Shown piece after piece: positions 1 through 8,379 of a stretch of 35,076 bases of DNA. The stretch is from Candidatus Enterousia sp. Its GTDB lineage: Bacteria > Pseudomonadota > Alphaproteobacteria > Rs-D84. The stretch spans positions 1 through 35,076 of the forward strand of contig JAZQUA010000041.1 of the NCBI GenBank assembly GCA_045631065.1, given 5' to 3'. Numbering within the stretch: the stretch's first letter is position 1; every line of letters starts with the position of its first letter. The notes under the pieces are model-generated. The model was not told where the DNA came from, did not search any database, and saw only the letters and a list, made by a program, of their open reading frames with translations. A program made the position numbers and the translations under genes.

Positions 1-194
1 TTTGGTTCGATTGTTTTTGGTTGTTGTTGCGAATGCATAAGTTTTGGCATATATTGTTCCAGCACACGAATAACATTACGATTGTACAAGCGACTGAAAT
101 GAATATCATATTTTATACCAGCAATTTTAAATAATCCTTCTAATCTTGCCATATCACTGTCTGTGCATTGTGTTTGTCCTTTTAATACATACAT
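1..194 (-). CDS. Hypothetical protein, N-terminal part only (runs off window start)
   Basis: Open frame from ATG 194 (or in-frame ATG 152): MYVLKGQTQCTDSDMARLEGLFKIAGIKYDIHFSRLYNRNVIRVLEQYMPKLMHSQQQPKTIEP..., no stop before position 1; no family recognised. Confidence 0.55.
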   Translation of the reverse strand, partial: MYVLKGQTQCTDSDMARLEGLFKIAGIKYDIHFSRLYNRNVIRVLEQYMPKLMHSQQQPKTIEP

Positions 195-212
195 TTTATC
201 ATAACATACAAC

Positions 213-240
213 ATAAAACAACACCGCCCAAGTGGGCGGT
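213..240 (-). terminator. Rho-independent terminator after the OLD-family gene
   Basis: Stem ACCGCCC/GGGCGGT (223-229/234-240), 4-nt loop, followed on the minus strand by GTTGTTTTAT, just after the stop at 244. Confidence 0.7.
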
Positions 241-243
241 TCA

Positions 244-1734
244 TTATTTTTGTTTTTGTGTTATTAGGTTTTTAAATATTTCTATAACTTCTGCTTGTTT
301 TTCTTTGGCAACCGTTCCGTCTTTGAATTTATTAATGATATTTATTGCAGGATTACCAGATTTTTTTATTCCACAAAATGTTTCTATATCACGCGGAAAT
401 CCATAAGAACAATCTGTCAGTTCAGAAAATTCATTTTTAACAGCAATATTGTCAGGACGATTTGGATCTCCGTCTGTGTCATACAATACAGAATGACGAA
501 TATTATAGCTATTCAATATCTTTTGGAAATATGGCATCGACCATTTACCAATGGTATCAATTACCGTCACATTCTGTGTCAACGAATGTGGCAAATCACC
601 GCGTTTCTTTAAATAGTTGTACAGCATATATTCTGTGGGACCTTCTACCAAAACAACCTTTTTTGCAAAAAACATATCGCTGCGCGGTCTGTCAAAGTAC
701 ACCAGATTTTTTGCCGATTCCAGTTCTGTATCAGGCATTGTATTTTGATGTATCATTGTCAAACCATTTTGTTTATCAACACGTATCAAGCCACGCGTAT
801 CCATAATATCTTCTGACACCAAATGACCAGAATGTGTTGTTGCAATAACCTGTTGATTATCTGCTTTTGCAAAATGGCGTAGATTATATGCCAAATCTGC
901 AATTGCATTTGCATGCATATTCACTTCGGGTTCTTCGAACAACAAGATTGTCGGTTCTTTGCTGCCAGATTCTGAACCCGTTTTTATAATATTAGACATA
1001 ATTATTCTTTGCATACCTGTACCAAGCATTTCTATGTTGGATGGTATCTTGTTTTCAAGTACGAACAACATCAACCTGGAAGCCAAAAATTCTTCAGCAG
1101 ACATTGGTTTGAGTGCCAAATCCAACTGTACGCCCAGCCATTCATTTTCACTGTTAAGCGTTTGATTAATCGTTTCTAGGTGCGGTTTGATATATTTTTT
1201 ATCTAAATCTGATAAAGTTGTTTCTATATCTTGTTTTAAATTTTTGCACATCAACGCGCTTAGACTATCAATAGTAGATTTATACGATATTTGTCTGTTA
1301 AATACCGCTGGGATATACACCATTTTCCCTAAAAGACGTCTAATATCCTTGTCTAGTTTTGTTGCATCAAGACTTCTTCGTTTTATCCCAGGACATCTGT
1401 AACGGGTCGAAAAACCATCATTAGCATGGTAGTATTTAACCTCTTTTCGTACGCATAATTTATTTTTATTTATTCTGTATTCTTCTGGTAACACCATATA
1501 TTCCACAGGCATCATATCATATTCTATTTCTATCCATGGATCAGATATAAATGCGGAATTATAGTTAACATCGTCTATTGTTAATTCTATATCACCATAA
1601 AAGTATCGAATTGCATCAATTATATTACTTTTACCAACATTATTTTCGCCAACAATAATAGAATAATCATGAAACTCTATCTTTGCGTATTGGATAGATC
1701 TAAAATTATTAATAGTTACAGATTTTATTTTCAT
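244..1734 (-). CDS. ATP-dependent nuclease, OLD family (ABC-type ATPase + TOPRIM)
   Basis: N-terminal MKIKSVTINNFRSI, Walker A GENNVGKS, signature LGTGMQR, Walker B LLFEEPE, H-loop IATTHS; TOPRIM KVVLVEGPTE and DTD motif. Confidence 0.85.
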   Translation of the reverse strand: MKIKSVTINNFRSIQYAKIEFHDYSIIVGENNVGKSNIIDAIRYFYGDIELTIDDVNYNSAFISDPWIEIEYDMMPVEYMVLPEEYRINKNKLCVRKEVKYYHANDGFSTRYRCPGIKRRSLDATKLDKDIRRLLGKMVYIPAVFNRQISYKSTIDSLSALMCKNLKQDIETTLSDLDKKYIKPHLETINQTLNSENEWLGVQLDLALKPMSAEEFLASRLMLFVLENKIPSNIEMLGTGMQRIIMSNIIKTGSESGSKEPTILLFEEPEVNMHANAIADLAYNLRHFAKADNQQVIATTHSGHLVSEDIMDTRGLIRVDKQNGLTMIHQNTMPDTELESAKNLVYFDRPRSDMFFAKKVVLVEGPTEYMLYNYLKKRGDLPHSLTQNVTVIDTIGKWSMPYFQKILNSYNIRHSVLYDTDGDPNRPDNIAVKNEFSELTDCSYGFPRDIETFCGIKKSGNPAINIINKFKDGTVAKEKQAEVIEIFKNLITQKQK

Positions 1735-1858
1735 ATCTTGGCGTCTTTTATTTCATCACTGTGAAATACTAGCAAAGAATAAAATAACGTCAAGAAAAAA
1801 ATGGACAAATTGTATATTTGTGTGCATATAGCCCTAACAAAATATATCCGCATGAACA

Positions 1859-2443
1859 CTATCTGATATTTTGTGGTTTATATATACCCTGGGCAATTAA
1901 TGCACGATGCAAATTATCATAATATTGAACACGACCGCGCAAATAGTGATTATATAGTGTATTATTATTGCTTATCATCGTAACTGGCACACCCTTGTCC
2001 AAACAGCCGCCAACAACCAACGGACCATCATCAAAATGCATATCTGTTTTTAATTCTTTTAAGATATCAGACTTTAACCCATCTTTATCAACGACCTGAT
2101 TGTATGAACAGTTTATGCCTGCCCCACGCAGTTGATTAAAAGTCTTAGCCGGTTGTTTATGCATACGTTCTGTTACAAACAAAATATCATATTCTGGATT
2201 TTTTAACAGACTGTTTAATATATATGGAATATTTTTATCTAATAACGGCATTTGATATAACACATCATCACCAAACAATTCCAACAGATTATTTATAACA
2301 GTTTCATTATTGTATGCTTCATTTAAAATCCAGCTAGTCGGTTTTTCATATGGTACGCCCGCCCTGTGAAATGCGGTCTGATATAATGGTTTCATATCAA
2401 ATATAACATTATCTAAATCAAATGTCAGTTTCTTTTTATTCAA
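1859..2443 (-). CDS. HAD-superfamily 5'(3')-nucleotidase-like hydrolase
   Basis: HAD motif I FDLDNV at N-terminus, motif II FVTER, motif IV HFDDG; TTG start. Confidence 0.7.
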   Translation of the reverse strand: MNKKKLTFDLDNVIFDMKPLYQTAFHRAGVPYEKPTSWILNEAYNNETVINNLLELFGDDVLYQMPLLDKNIPYILNSLLKNPEYDILFVTERMHKQPAKTFNQLRGAGINCSYNQVVDKDGLKSDILKELKTDMHFDDGPLVVGGCLDKGVPVTMISNNNTLYNHYLRGRVQYYDNLHRALIAQGIYKPQNIR

Positions 2444-2568
2444 TTTTCTTTCCTTTGCATATTTTGGTTGCGGCGATTATAACATCATTATTTAAAAAGC
2501 CAATATATTTGTTGCAAAAGATTGCGCATTTTACGATACTGTTCCTAATGTCAATCTAGGGAGAAAAA

Positions 2569-3492
2569 ATGCTGATAAATATTTTACTGTTGGTAATTGG
2601 ATTTGTTTTGCTTATCAAGGGTGCTGACTATTTTGTTGATGGCGCATCAGCATTGGCCGAACGATTAAAAATCCCTGCGATTATCATTGGATTAACCGTT
2701 GTCGCAATGGGCACCAGTGCACCAGAGGCCGCAGTCAGCATATCATCCGCACTGGCCGGTTCAAATGCGATTGCAATTGGGAATGTACTGGGTTCAAATA
2801 TCGCAAACATATTTTTAATACTGGGGGTTACTGCAATAATAACAACGCTGACCGTTCAAAAAAACACCGTACATTTTGAAATACCTTTTATAATTTTTAT
2901 CACGTTATTGCTGTGCGGAATTGGCTGGGGACATAGTATGATTTCACGCATTGGTGCCGGTCTGTTATTAGGGTTATTTGTATTATTTTTGGGCTATTTA
3001 TTCGTTATTGCACGCGGCAATACAGATACGGACACAAGAATAAAACAAATAAGCAAAACCAAAATTGCATTATTTATCATCTTTGGAATGGTTGCATTAA
3101 TATTCGGCAGTAAAATAACCGTACTGTCGGCTGTTGATATCGCACAATATATTGGTATATCAGAACGTGTTATTGGATTGACCGTTGTTGCATTTGGTAC
3201 CAGTTTGCCAGAATTAGTAACCAGTATAATCGCTGCGCGCAAAGGTGAATCAGATATCGCAATTGGCAACATTGTCGGTTCAAACATCTTTAATATACTG
3301 TTTGTTCTGGGTATTGCCGGCTTGATATTACCAATACCGTTTAATGCAGAATTTTTATTTGATGGCGCATTTGCAATACTGGCTGCTGTTTTACTGTTGA
3401 TATTTACATATCGACACAAAAAACTGGGCAAAATTGCGGGAATTACATTTATTATAATATATGCAGTATATTTGGGAATGTTGCTAGTATAA
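2569..3492 (+). CDS. Calcium/sodium antiporter (CaCA, YrbG-like)
   Basis: Two alpha repeats GTSAPE...GNVLGSNIAN and GTSLPE...GNIVGSNIFN, about 10 TM segments, RBS GGGAG. Confidence 0.93.
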   Translation: MLINILLLVIGFVLLIKGADYFVDGASALAERLKIPAIIIGLTVVAMGTSAPEAAVSISSALAGSNAIAIGNVLGSNIANIFLILGVTAIITTLTVQKNTVHFEIPFIIFITLLLCGIGWGHSMISRIGAGLLLGLFVLFLGYLFVIARGNTDTDTRIKQISKTKIALFIIFGMVALIFGSKITVLSAVDIAQYIGISERVIGLTVVAFGTSLPELVTSIIAARKGESDIAIGNIVGSNIFNILFVLGIAGLILPIPFNAEFLFDGAFAILAAVLLLIFTYRHKKLGKIAGITFIIIYAVYLGMLLV

Positions 3493-3541
3493 AAAAGCCC
3501 TTGCACAGGACAGGCAAAAGTTACTATACTCTGTTATATAA

Positions 3542-5128
3542 ATGGGGAAAAAGAGTAGATTTTCAACAATGTTTTGCAAAAAACCGATTGTTTTTTGTGG
3601 TATTTTTGTGGTGGCATTTTGCCTGGGCATTGATGTTGCAACTGCGTTATGCAACAGATATAATCCTGTTGGACCAGGAAAATATTGTCAACATACCGTA
3701 GAGTACACGTGCCCTAAGAACTGTTATTGCAAAGGAACAACAAAAGGTGAAAAGCTTAGCATAACTTGGGCAGATGGTGTATCCAAAGGTTGTTCGAACA
3801 GATGGTCCAAAGTTAACAGCGAATTATGCAACGACAGATACGGTGTGTGTTTGTGTCCCGAAGGCACAACATCAAATGCTGGCGCAAAATCCAAAAACGA
3901 TTGTTTCAAAGTAACAGACACAACCTCTTCTGACACTGCTACACAAGGTAAATCTTGCAGCAACAGCAATCCCGCGCCTGTGGGTTCATATTGTGGTGCG
4001 TTATTAACAAAAAAATGCAAACCAGGCTGTTACTGCACAGGCGGTGGTAATTTTACTTGGGTCGCCGGCGATGTAGAAAAAGGTTGTAGAGACAGATGGA
4101 GTAAGGTTACATCAGAACTAAATTCCAAGGGTGTCAAACTTTGTCCCGAAGGGTACACATCTGTCGAAGGCGCAGGTAAATTAGAAGACTGTTTCTTAAA
4201 TGGGCATTCTGATATAAAATATAAACCAATAACCTGTGCCCCGGGTACGTATTTGCCCGCAAACAGTAAAGAATGTGCCCCTTGTCCAACAGATGACAAA
4301 AAAATTTGCCCTGGGGCGAAAAGTGTATACCCATCAAGCACTTTGAACCAAGATCTTAAGCCATGTCCCGCAAACCAAGTGTCAAACGCAACTAGGACAG
4401 AATGTGTCGACAGAGAAAAGGAATACATAGAATGCCCTGAGGGAGAATATGCAGTTGTGGCAACAGACAGATCTAAATGCAAAAAATGTCACGGAAACAA
4501 TTACGTCTGCCCAGGCGGGAAATGGGAAAAAACAATCGGCGAACATGGTTTAGAAGAATGTAGGGGTAACACAAAACCAAATGCAGACAAGACAGCATGC
4601 GAAGGCATAACAGTAACATGCCAAGCAGGCGAATATATACCTGCAAATTCAATAGAATGCACAAAATGCAAGGATGCAGCAGAAGCAGCCGGCAAACTGT
4701 GCAAGGGCGGAACACTGACCCCATCGAATACAGAAGCCGTAGGCTTGTCCACATGCAGTGGCACAATGGTACCAAACCCAGATCATACAAATTGCGTTGC
4801 ACCGCCACCAGATTCATATGAATGCAGTGCAGGACAATATTTACCAAAAAACACCAAAGAATGCGCCCCATGTCCAGAAAAGCATACCTGCGGCGGTGGT
4901 ACATTTGTGTTTAACGAAACCACAGACCAAGGTGCAGACCCAGTAATACAATATGCTATTCCAAAAGAAGTTTTGGCATATGGCGAACATGATAAAGACG
5001 CACCATTAAAAGATCACTGTTGGTATATTGCAAATCCAGATAAATACAAAGAATGTGTTATGAAAGGGATTCAAAAAACAATTAATGAAATAGCTAATAT
5101 TTTAAAAGGCTCTGATGATTCAGAATAG
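3542..5128 (+). CDS. Secreted cysteine-rich repeat protein
   Basis: Signal-peptide-like N-terminus; 45 Cys; two RWSKV-containing modules and four C-x-x-G-x-Y...C-x-x-C...C-x-G modules. Confidence 0.8.
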   Translation: MGKKSRFSTMFCKKPIVFCGIFVVAFCLGIDVATALCNRYNPVGPGKYCQHTVEYTCPKNCYCKGTTKGEKLSITWADGVSKGCSNRWSKVNSELCNDRYGVCLCPEGTTSNAGAKSKNDCFKVTDTTSSDTATQGKSCSNSNPAPVGSYCGALLTKKCKPGCYCTGGGNFTWVAGDVEKGCRDRWSKVTSELNSKGVKLCPEGYTSVEGAGKLEDCFLNGHSDIKYKPITCAPGTYLPANSKECAPCPTDDKKICPGAKSVYPSSTLNQDLKPCPANQVSNATRTECVDREKEYIECPEGEYAVVATDRSKCKKCHGNNYVCPGGKWEKTIGEHGLEECRGNTKPNADKTACEGITVTCQAGEYIPANSIECTKCKDAAEAAGKLCKGGTLTPSNTEAVGLSTCSGTMVPNPDHTNCVAPPPDSYECSAGQYLPKNTKECAPCPEKHTCGGGTFVFNETTDQGADPVIQYAIPKEVLAYGEHDKDAPLKDHCWYIANPDKYKECVMKGIQKTINEIANILKGSDDSE

Positions 5129-5131
5129 GCA

Positions 5132-5512
5132 TTAAATATTCACTAATATTTGTGACACCAACATATCTGCCGGCAGTTGTGGGTGATGCAACAATTCTTG
5201 AATTGGCACCCAGTGAATATCATCATGTACACGTAATTGAATATTACCTGAGTAAGATACGATTTCATACGCATATAATTCAATCAACTTACCCGAATCT
5301 GTTGTATGTCTTGCGATGGTTACAAGATTTCCAATTTGCGCATCTATACCAAGTTCTTCGGATAATTCACGATGCAGGCATATTGGGCCGTCTTCGCCAT
5401 CTTCAAACTTACCCCCAGGATATTCCCATGTCCCCGCCAATGGCTGACCTGGCGCCCGTCGCATCAGCAGAACTTTATCTCCATTTCTAAAAATCGCAGC
5501 TGTTACCTTCAT
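5132..5512 (-). CDS. NUDIX hydrolase, MutT/NudG-like
   Basis: WEYPGGKFEDGEDGPICLHRELSEELG Nudix box; start moved to ATG 5512 (MKVTAAIF), 1 nt after the ABC-F stop. Confidence 0.88.
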   Translation of the reverse strand: MKVTAAIFRNGDKVLLMRRAPGQPLAGTWEYPGGKFEDGEDGPICLHRELSEELGIDAQIGNLVTIARHTTDSGKLIELYAYEIVSYSGNIQLRVHDDIHWVPIQELLHHPQLPADMLVSQILVNI

Positions 5513-5513
5513 T

Positions 5514-7142
5514 TTATTTATTTGCTTTCTGTTTTTCTTGATCCATATATCTGCGAACGATATTTTCATCATAAAATTGTAACCGACCACTTGGCAACAT
5601 CAACATTCTGTCGATTCCCAAATGTTTCAAAAATTCTAAATCATGGCTGACAATAATCAACGTACCACCATATTCTGCAAGACTGTTTGCTATTATCTTT
5701 TTTGTCGCGACATCCAGATGGTTTGTTGGTTCGTCCAACAACAAAACATTGGCACCGCCCAGACATAATTTGGCCAGCTCTAAACGACTGCGCTCGCCCG
5801 GGGACATTGTTTTAACAGTTTGATTAACTTTATCCCCAACAAAATTAAAATGTCCCAACACAGAACGCAACTTTGATGTGCTGATATCTGTAACACTGGA
5901 TGCATTTTCTAAAATAGTGATTTCTGGATTTAAAGTTTCGTATTCTTGGGCATAGTACCCTAAATCCGTCTTTTTACCAATGCGCAAAGTTCCAGAATCT
6001 GGTGTTAATATTTTATACAACAGTTTTAACAATGTTGACTTACCTGCCCCATTCTCGCCAACAATTAAAAACTTTTCGCCACGATTTAATGAAAACGTCA
6101 GTTTCTTTATAACTTTTTTGTTTGGCGTGTATGCAAAGAATAAATCTTCGACACAAACAGGCAAAATATCTTCTTCGCGGTTTGGTTGTAATTCCAAATT
6201 AATACCTTTCTTTTCAGGTGGTACCACAGCTAAATTCTGTAACTTTTTTTCCAATAATTTTTCACGACTTTGTGCCTGCTTTGCCATTTTACCGAATTTA
6301 CCGCGCTGTTTATCAATAAATGCCTGAATACGATTGATTTCACGCATTTGTTTTTGTAATTGACGCTCTAAACTCTCGTTTGTTTCTGCCAAGGTACGTA
6401 GAAAACGCTGATAACCAAAACTGTATAACGTGCCGGTGTGCATCATCGCATCAAGATATAATGTCTTGTCTGCTACTTTGTTTATAAATTCTTCGTCATG
6501 CGATATAAAAATAACAGATGCATCTGTGGACACCAAATAGTCTGTCATCCATTCGCGACTGGCCGCATCCAAGTGATTTGTCGGTTCATCTAAAAACAAT
6601 ACATTTGGACGTGCATACAGTGTTCTGACAAACGATATCTTAGATTTTTGTCCGCCTGATAATTCACCCAGTTTCTTGTTCAGATTTTGACGGTCAATAC
6701 CCATCTGATCTATCATCGTTTCCAGTTCTGATTCCGCAGAATAACCGTCCCAATATTCAAATTCCGACTGACACGCACCCAGTTGTTGTAATAAATCTTC
6801 GGATTCATCGCCATCTGCCATTTTGGAATATATTTCTGCCATTCGCTGTTCTATTTCTGCCAATGGACGACCGGAACGCAAAAAATCATATACAATAACA
6901 TCTTTGGGCAAATTTAATTCATCAATTGTCTGGGGCATCCATCCGATACGCGGATTTTTACCCATATAAAATTCGCCTGAATCACAATCAATCTGGTTTA
7001 ACAAAATTCTGAACAAAGTAGACTTTCCCGCACCATTTAATCCAACAACTGCAACCTTGTCGCCATCTTGGACAGAAAAGCTTAGATTCTTGAAAATAAG
7101 ATTACCATCAAAAGATTTATCAAGATTTGTTACAACCAGCAT
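5514..7142 (-). CDS. ABC-F family ATP-binding protein
   Basis: Two NBDs (GLNGAGKST/LSGGQ/LDEPTNHLD and GENGAGKST/MSPGE/LDEPTNHLD) joined by a helical linker, no TM segments. Confidence 0.93.
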   Translation of the reverse strand: MLVVTNLDKSFDGNLIFKNLSFSVQDGDKVAVVGLNGAGKSTLFRILLNQIDCDSGEFYMGKNPRIGWMPQTIDELNLPKDVIVYDFLRSGRPLAEIEQRMAEIYSKMADGDESEDLLQQLGACQSEFEYWDGYSAESELETMIDQMGIDRQNLNKKLGELSGGQKSKISFVRTLYARPNVLFLDEPTNHLDAASREWMTDYLVSTDASVIFISHDEEFINKVADKTLYLDAMMHTGTLYSFGYQRFLRTLAETNESLERQLQKQMREINRIQAFIDKQRGKFGKMAKQAQSREKLLEKKLQNLAVVPPEKKGINLELQPNREEDILPVCVEDLFFAYTPNKKVIKKLTFSLNRGEKFLIVGENGAGKSTLLKLLYKILTPDSGTLRIGKKTDLGYYAQEYETLNPEITILENASSVTDISTSKLRSVLGHFNFVGDKVNQTVKTMSPGERSRLELAKLCLGGANVLLLDEPTNHLDVATKKIIANSLAEYGGTLIIVSHDLEFLKHLGIDRMLMLPSGRLQFYDENIVRRYMDQEKQKANK

Positions 7143-7318
7143 TTTTATACCACTTTTGTGGTCAGTTTAACATATTGCCACATCAAAACAAGAAATAAAA
7201 ATCACCAGAATTAATGCCGCCCATAGCAAATACATAGCAAAAAACCTTGCGTATGATGTTTGGCGACATCAAAATTCGATGCCGCCAAACAATACCTGGA
7301 ACAATTGATTCAGATAAA

Positions 7319-7855
7319 TCAATAACCACTATAGTCTGCATTATTGTATAGCCGCCATTCTGCATCACGTCGCCCATCCAAGATTCCTCCATTTCTAAAC
7401 GCACGCCACGAGTCTTCTAAATTTGGGTAAATATTGCTTTTATATTTATTGTCATTCAAATATTTTCTAACCGTTGATTGGTATAGCCCACGATTTCTAT
7501 TTTGTGGTGCAGCAGACCCGGCCCCAATATTAAATACCAGCGACACCAATGCGTCATATTGGCTTTGTGTCATATTTAATATAGCATCGGCAGAGATTTG
7601 TTCATTTATTGTGTTATAGGTTGCTTGCAGGTCTTGTTCCAACAGTTCCGTTGCCTGTTGTTCCGTTAAACCAGCACTAAAATCTTCACCTGGCTTTACC
7701 AAATGTCCATAACCAATTGTTGCACCAACTGGCAATGGAACTCCTGCAGGTACAGGTTTGCCCGTGGCATCATCGTATATAACGTGTTTTCCATTAACTT
7801 TGACCGAACCTTCTAACCCTTTCAACCATTCGATACCTTTATCACTCATTTTCAT
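7319..7855 (-). CDS. Phage-type lysozyme (glycoside hydrolase family 24)
   Basis: MKMSDKGIEWLKGLEG...YDD...TIGYGH...LLEQDL...QSQYDALVSLVFNIG...RRDAE; start set at ATG 7855 with RBS AAAAGGTGA. Confidence 0.88.
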   Translation of the reverse strand: MKMSDKGIEWLKGLEGSVKVNGKHVIYDDATGKPVPAGVPLPVGATIGYGHLVKPGEDFSAGLTEQQATELLEQDLQATYNTINEQISADAILNMTQSQYDALVSLVFNIGAGSAAPQNRNRGLYQSTVRKYLNDNKYKSNIYPNLEDSWRAFRNGGILDGRRDAEWRLYNNADYSGY

Positions 7856-7856
7856 A

Positions 7857-7997
7857 TCAGTCACCTTTTGTAAATAAAAAACGCCCACATATGTGGGCAA
7901 CAAAATTGTCAATATTTGATGTTAAGTCGATACATCCAGCCGAGCCAGGAACCCAACCGCCATGAATACTAAAATCATCACAACCGTATGTTTGGGT
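7857..7997 (-). pseudogene. Orphan C-terminal fragment of a second Tlde1/DUF2778-like toxin
   Basis: Start-less frame TQTYGCDDFSIHGGWVPGSAGCIDLTSNIDNF..., 23/32 aa identical to the catalytic tip of the 8380-9426 protein; preceded by an in-frame TAA. Confidence 0.8.
7864..7900 (-). terminator. Terminator-like hairpin directly upstream of the lysozyme RBS
   Basis: GCCCAC-ATAT-GTGGGC followed by GTTTTTTATTT and ACAAAAGG on the minus strand. Confidence 0.65.
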
Positions 7998-8011
7998 TTA
8001 TTTTTGAACAA

Positions 8012-8365
8012 CTAAAATTTTGCATAATGATATAACAAAGTACCAAGCAAAGAATCTGTCCAAGATATTATAATCGGACTTAACGCAAGCCAGAAAGATA
8101 CTTTATAATTTTTCTTATACAAAAAATACAATGATACTGGAATAAAAAACAACAGCGTGGCACAAGAAGATACCAGATTTGTTAAATATACATCTGCACT
8201 ACGCCATGCCCAGCCCATAGATTCACCGCCCCATGGACAATAATTAAACGGAAACGCATCACGACATTCTTTGATAAAAAATTCATAATAATCAGTAAGC
8301 AGTCCATATAAAAGCAATATATTTATACCAAGACAAATTATCGTGCCACGTTTCCATTTTTGCAT
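8012..8365 (-). CDS. Small membrane protein, candidate immunity protein
   Basis: ATG 8365 with RBS AAAAGGG, 14 nt after the toxin stop; about 3 TM segments with a loop containing C...CPWGGESMGWAW; immunity role inferred from position only. Confidence 0.6.
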   Translation of the reverse strand: MQKWKRGTIICLGINILLLYGLLTDYYEFFIKECRDAFPFNYCPWGGESMGWAWRSADVYLTNLVSSCATLLFFIPVSLYFLYKKNYKVSFWLALSPIIISWTDSLLGTLLYHYAKF

Positions 8366-8379
8366 ACATAACCCTTTTG

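Noticed and set aside
5513-5590. N-terminal extension of the NUDIX ORF in the ORF track
   Set aside because: Overlaps the ABC-F 3' end; ATG 5512 gives a typical MutT length and operon spacing.
5514-7142. Antibiotic-resistance ABC-F
   Set aside because: Subfamily cannot be assigned by eye; most ABC-Fs are housekeeping translation factors.
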